Assembly (NCBI GenBank): GCA_043776215.1
Contig: JAYVRP010000807.1
Span: 1 to 56,864, forward strand
Length of the DNA: 56,864 nt
Direction: 5' to 3'
Source: Rhodoferax sp.
Lineage (GTDB): Bacteria; Pseudomonadota; Gammaproteobacteria; Burkholderiales; Burkholderiaceae_C
A model generated the notes under the pieces. That model saw nothing but the letters and a program-made list of their open reading frames with translations, was not told where the DNA came from and made no database searches. Below are positions 55,754 through 56,864 of the stretch, one piece after another. Each line of letters starts with the position of its first letter. Position 1 is the first letter of the stretch. The translations under genes and the position numbers were made by a program.

Positions 55754-56376
55754 ACACGTGTAGGGCACCGCCGCCGATTGCATGCACGAACCAGACGACG
55801 CCCGCGACTGGAATGCGCGTGCGCCGTCTCCGCACCACGCCCGCGCAAAGCCGTCCACTGACCAAGAATGCCGAAAACGCTCATCCACGGCCGCGCGATC
55901 GGCGCCTCTCGCGCAAGACGCGCGCGGCGGTGGGTAAGCCGCCTGGCTCGACAACGCCGGGTGCCGCTGTCAGCCGTGCTGACAGAACGGGCGCGAAAAC
56001 GCCGTCAATCGCTCATCAGGAAAATATCTCGACACCGCTGCTGTTGCTAGACGCGTGAAATTGGCGCAGCATCGGCCCCGTTCAATTCCCCACTGGCTGA
56101 ATTAGCCCGGCCGATGCCCGTCACCGCATCGCCCATGCCCGCTCACGCGGGCGCCCTCGCCGGCCACATCTCCTGAAGCTCGGCAGCCGAAAGGCTTGGA
56201 GATATTGGTAGTTCATCGGGCGCGAAAATCGCCCACCCTTCCCCAACCGGCATCACAGCCGGTCCCGTGGGCCAACTGTGTCACCGTTCCGGCCTGCCGA
56301 ACCGAAGCGGCGACAGTCACCGTCAAGCTGCTGCAACTTCGCCAGCGCCCTGCCCCAAGCCACATCCTGCGCCAAC

Positions 56377-56417
56377 CGCGTCGTCACTACGCGGCGCCAG
56401 CCAGTAGTGACGACGCG
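56377..56417. repeat. Perfect 14-bp inverted repeat with 13-nt spacer
   Basis: CGCGTCGTCACTAC-N13-GTAGTGACGACGCG. Confidence 0.7.
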
Positions 56418-56837
56418 CAAACTGCCCCAGCTTCCCCGGGCGATCCATCGGCAGCAGCGGGTGACAGCCCGCAGTGACGAGCTCACAGCGCGTCGAATCC
56501 GCAGACCGTGCAGCGCGATCTGCCCAAGGCCCGCCGACCGCGGGCCACGTCAGCCGAGGCGCCTTCTGGCGCACCCGGAGCCCTGGGACAAGGGCTCAAC
56601 CCGATGAACCGACTTGCAGCAGCAAGCGCCATCGGTGCCAATGCCGCGTGCCGCGGCGGCCAGAAGGAAGACCTCGGCGCAAGACGGGAGTGGTGTCCCG
56701 TGTCCCTTGTAGCTCCAACAGCGCCCAGGCGCTCAGGACGGACAGAAACACTAACCAGACGCAAACACACCGAAGCCGCCTCACGGAGAACCAGGGGCAA
56801 CCCATCGACGAAAGCCAACAAATTGAAGGGACAGCAT

Positions 56838-56864
56838 ATGCGTGACCTGAACTATGAACTGAAA
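56838..56864 (+). CDS. Start of a probable integrase-domain protein (truncated by the window edge)
   Basis: RBS GAAGGGA, MRDLNYELK; resembles the N-terminus of Integrase_1-type tyrosine recombinases as I recall it; only 9 codons visible. Confidence 0.5.

Noticed and set aside
55750-56845. Short ORFs in the right-hand intergenic region
   Set aside because: Low-complexity Arg/Pro/Ala-rich translations without RBS or motifs.
1-56864. CRISPR array, rRNA or tRNA
   Set aside because: No regularly spaced direct repeats or recognisable rRNA/tRNA sequence seen by eye; a covariance search was not run.

Overview
GC-rich window, most likely from a Burkholderiales betaproteobacterium (Bug/TctC protein, PEP-CTERM remnant; inference), that is almost entirely an accessory catabolic mosaic. 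From left to right: a divergent pair of paralogous secreted proteins with back-to-back sigma54-like promoters; IS91/ISCR-type remnants around a DmdA-like methyltransferase plus hydrolase; a LysR-GMC oxidoreductase-enolase-ALDH cluster; an IS66 with an 8-bp TSD; a long minus-strand run (peptide-type ABC transporter, 2-hydroxy/2-oxo-acid enzymes, homocysteine methyltransferase, MetY, ECH, Qor, SDR); a LysR/TPP enzyme/transthyretin-like/Bug/DmdA/SnoaL unit; BrnTA; a LigM/DesA-like module bracketed by an inverted ~470-bp duplication; a TauD/TfdA dioxygenase; HigBA; and the start of an integrase-like gene. The most notable feature is a 2.6-kb large-serine-recombinase mini-element integrated at a GC dinucleotide inside IS66 tnpC. 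Precise excision would restore a 511-aa IS66 transposase. It would also join an RBS+ATG at one end of the element, in frame, to a start-less ORF at the other end, creating a 173-aa gene that exists only on the excised circle. All functional names come from motif recognition by eye; no searches were run.
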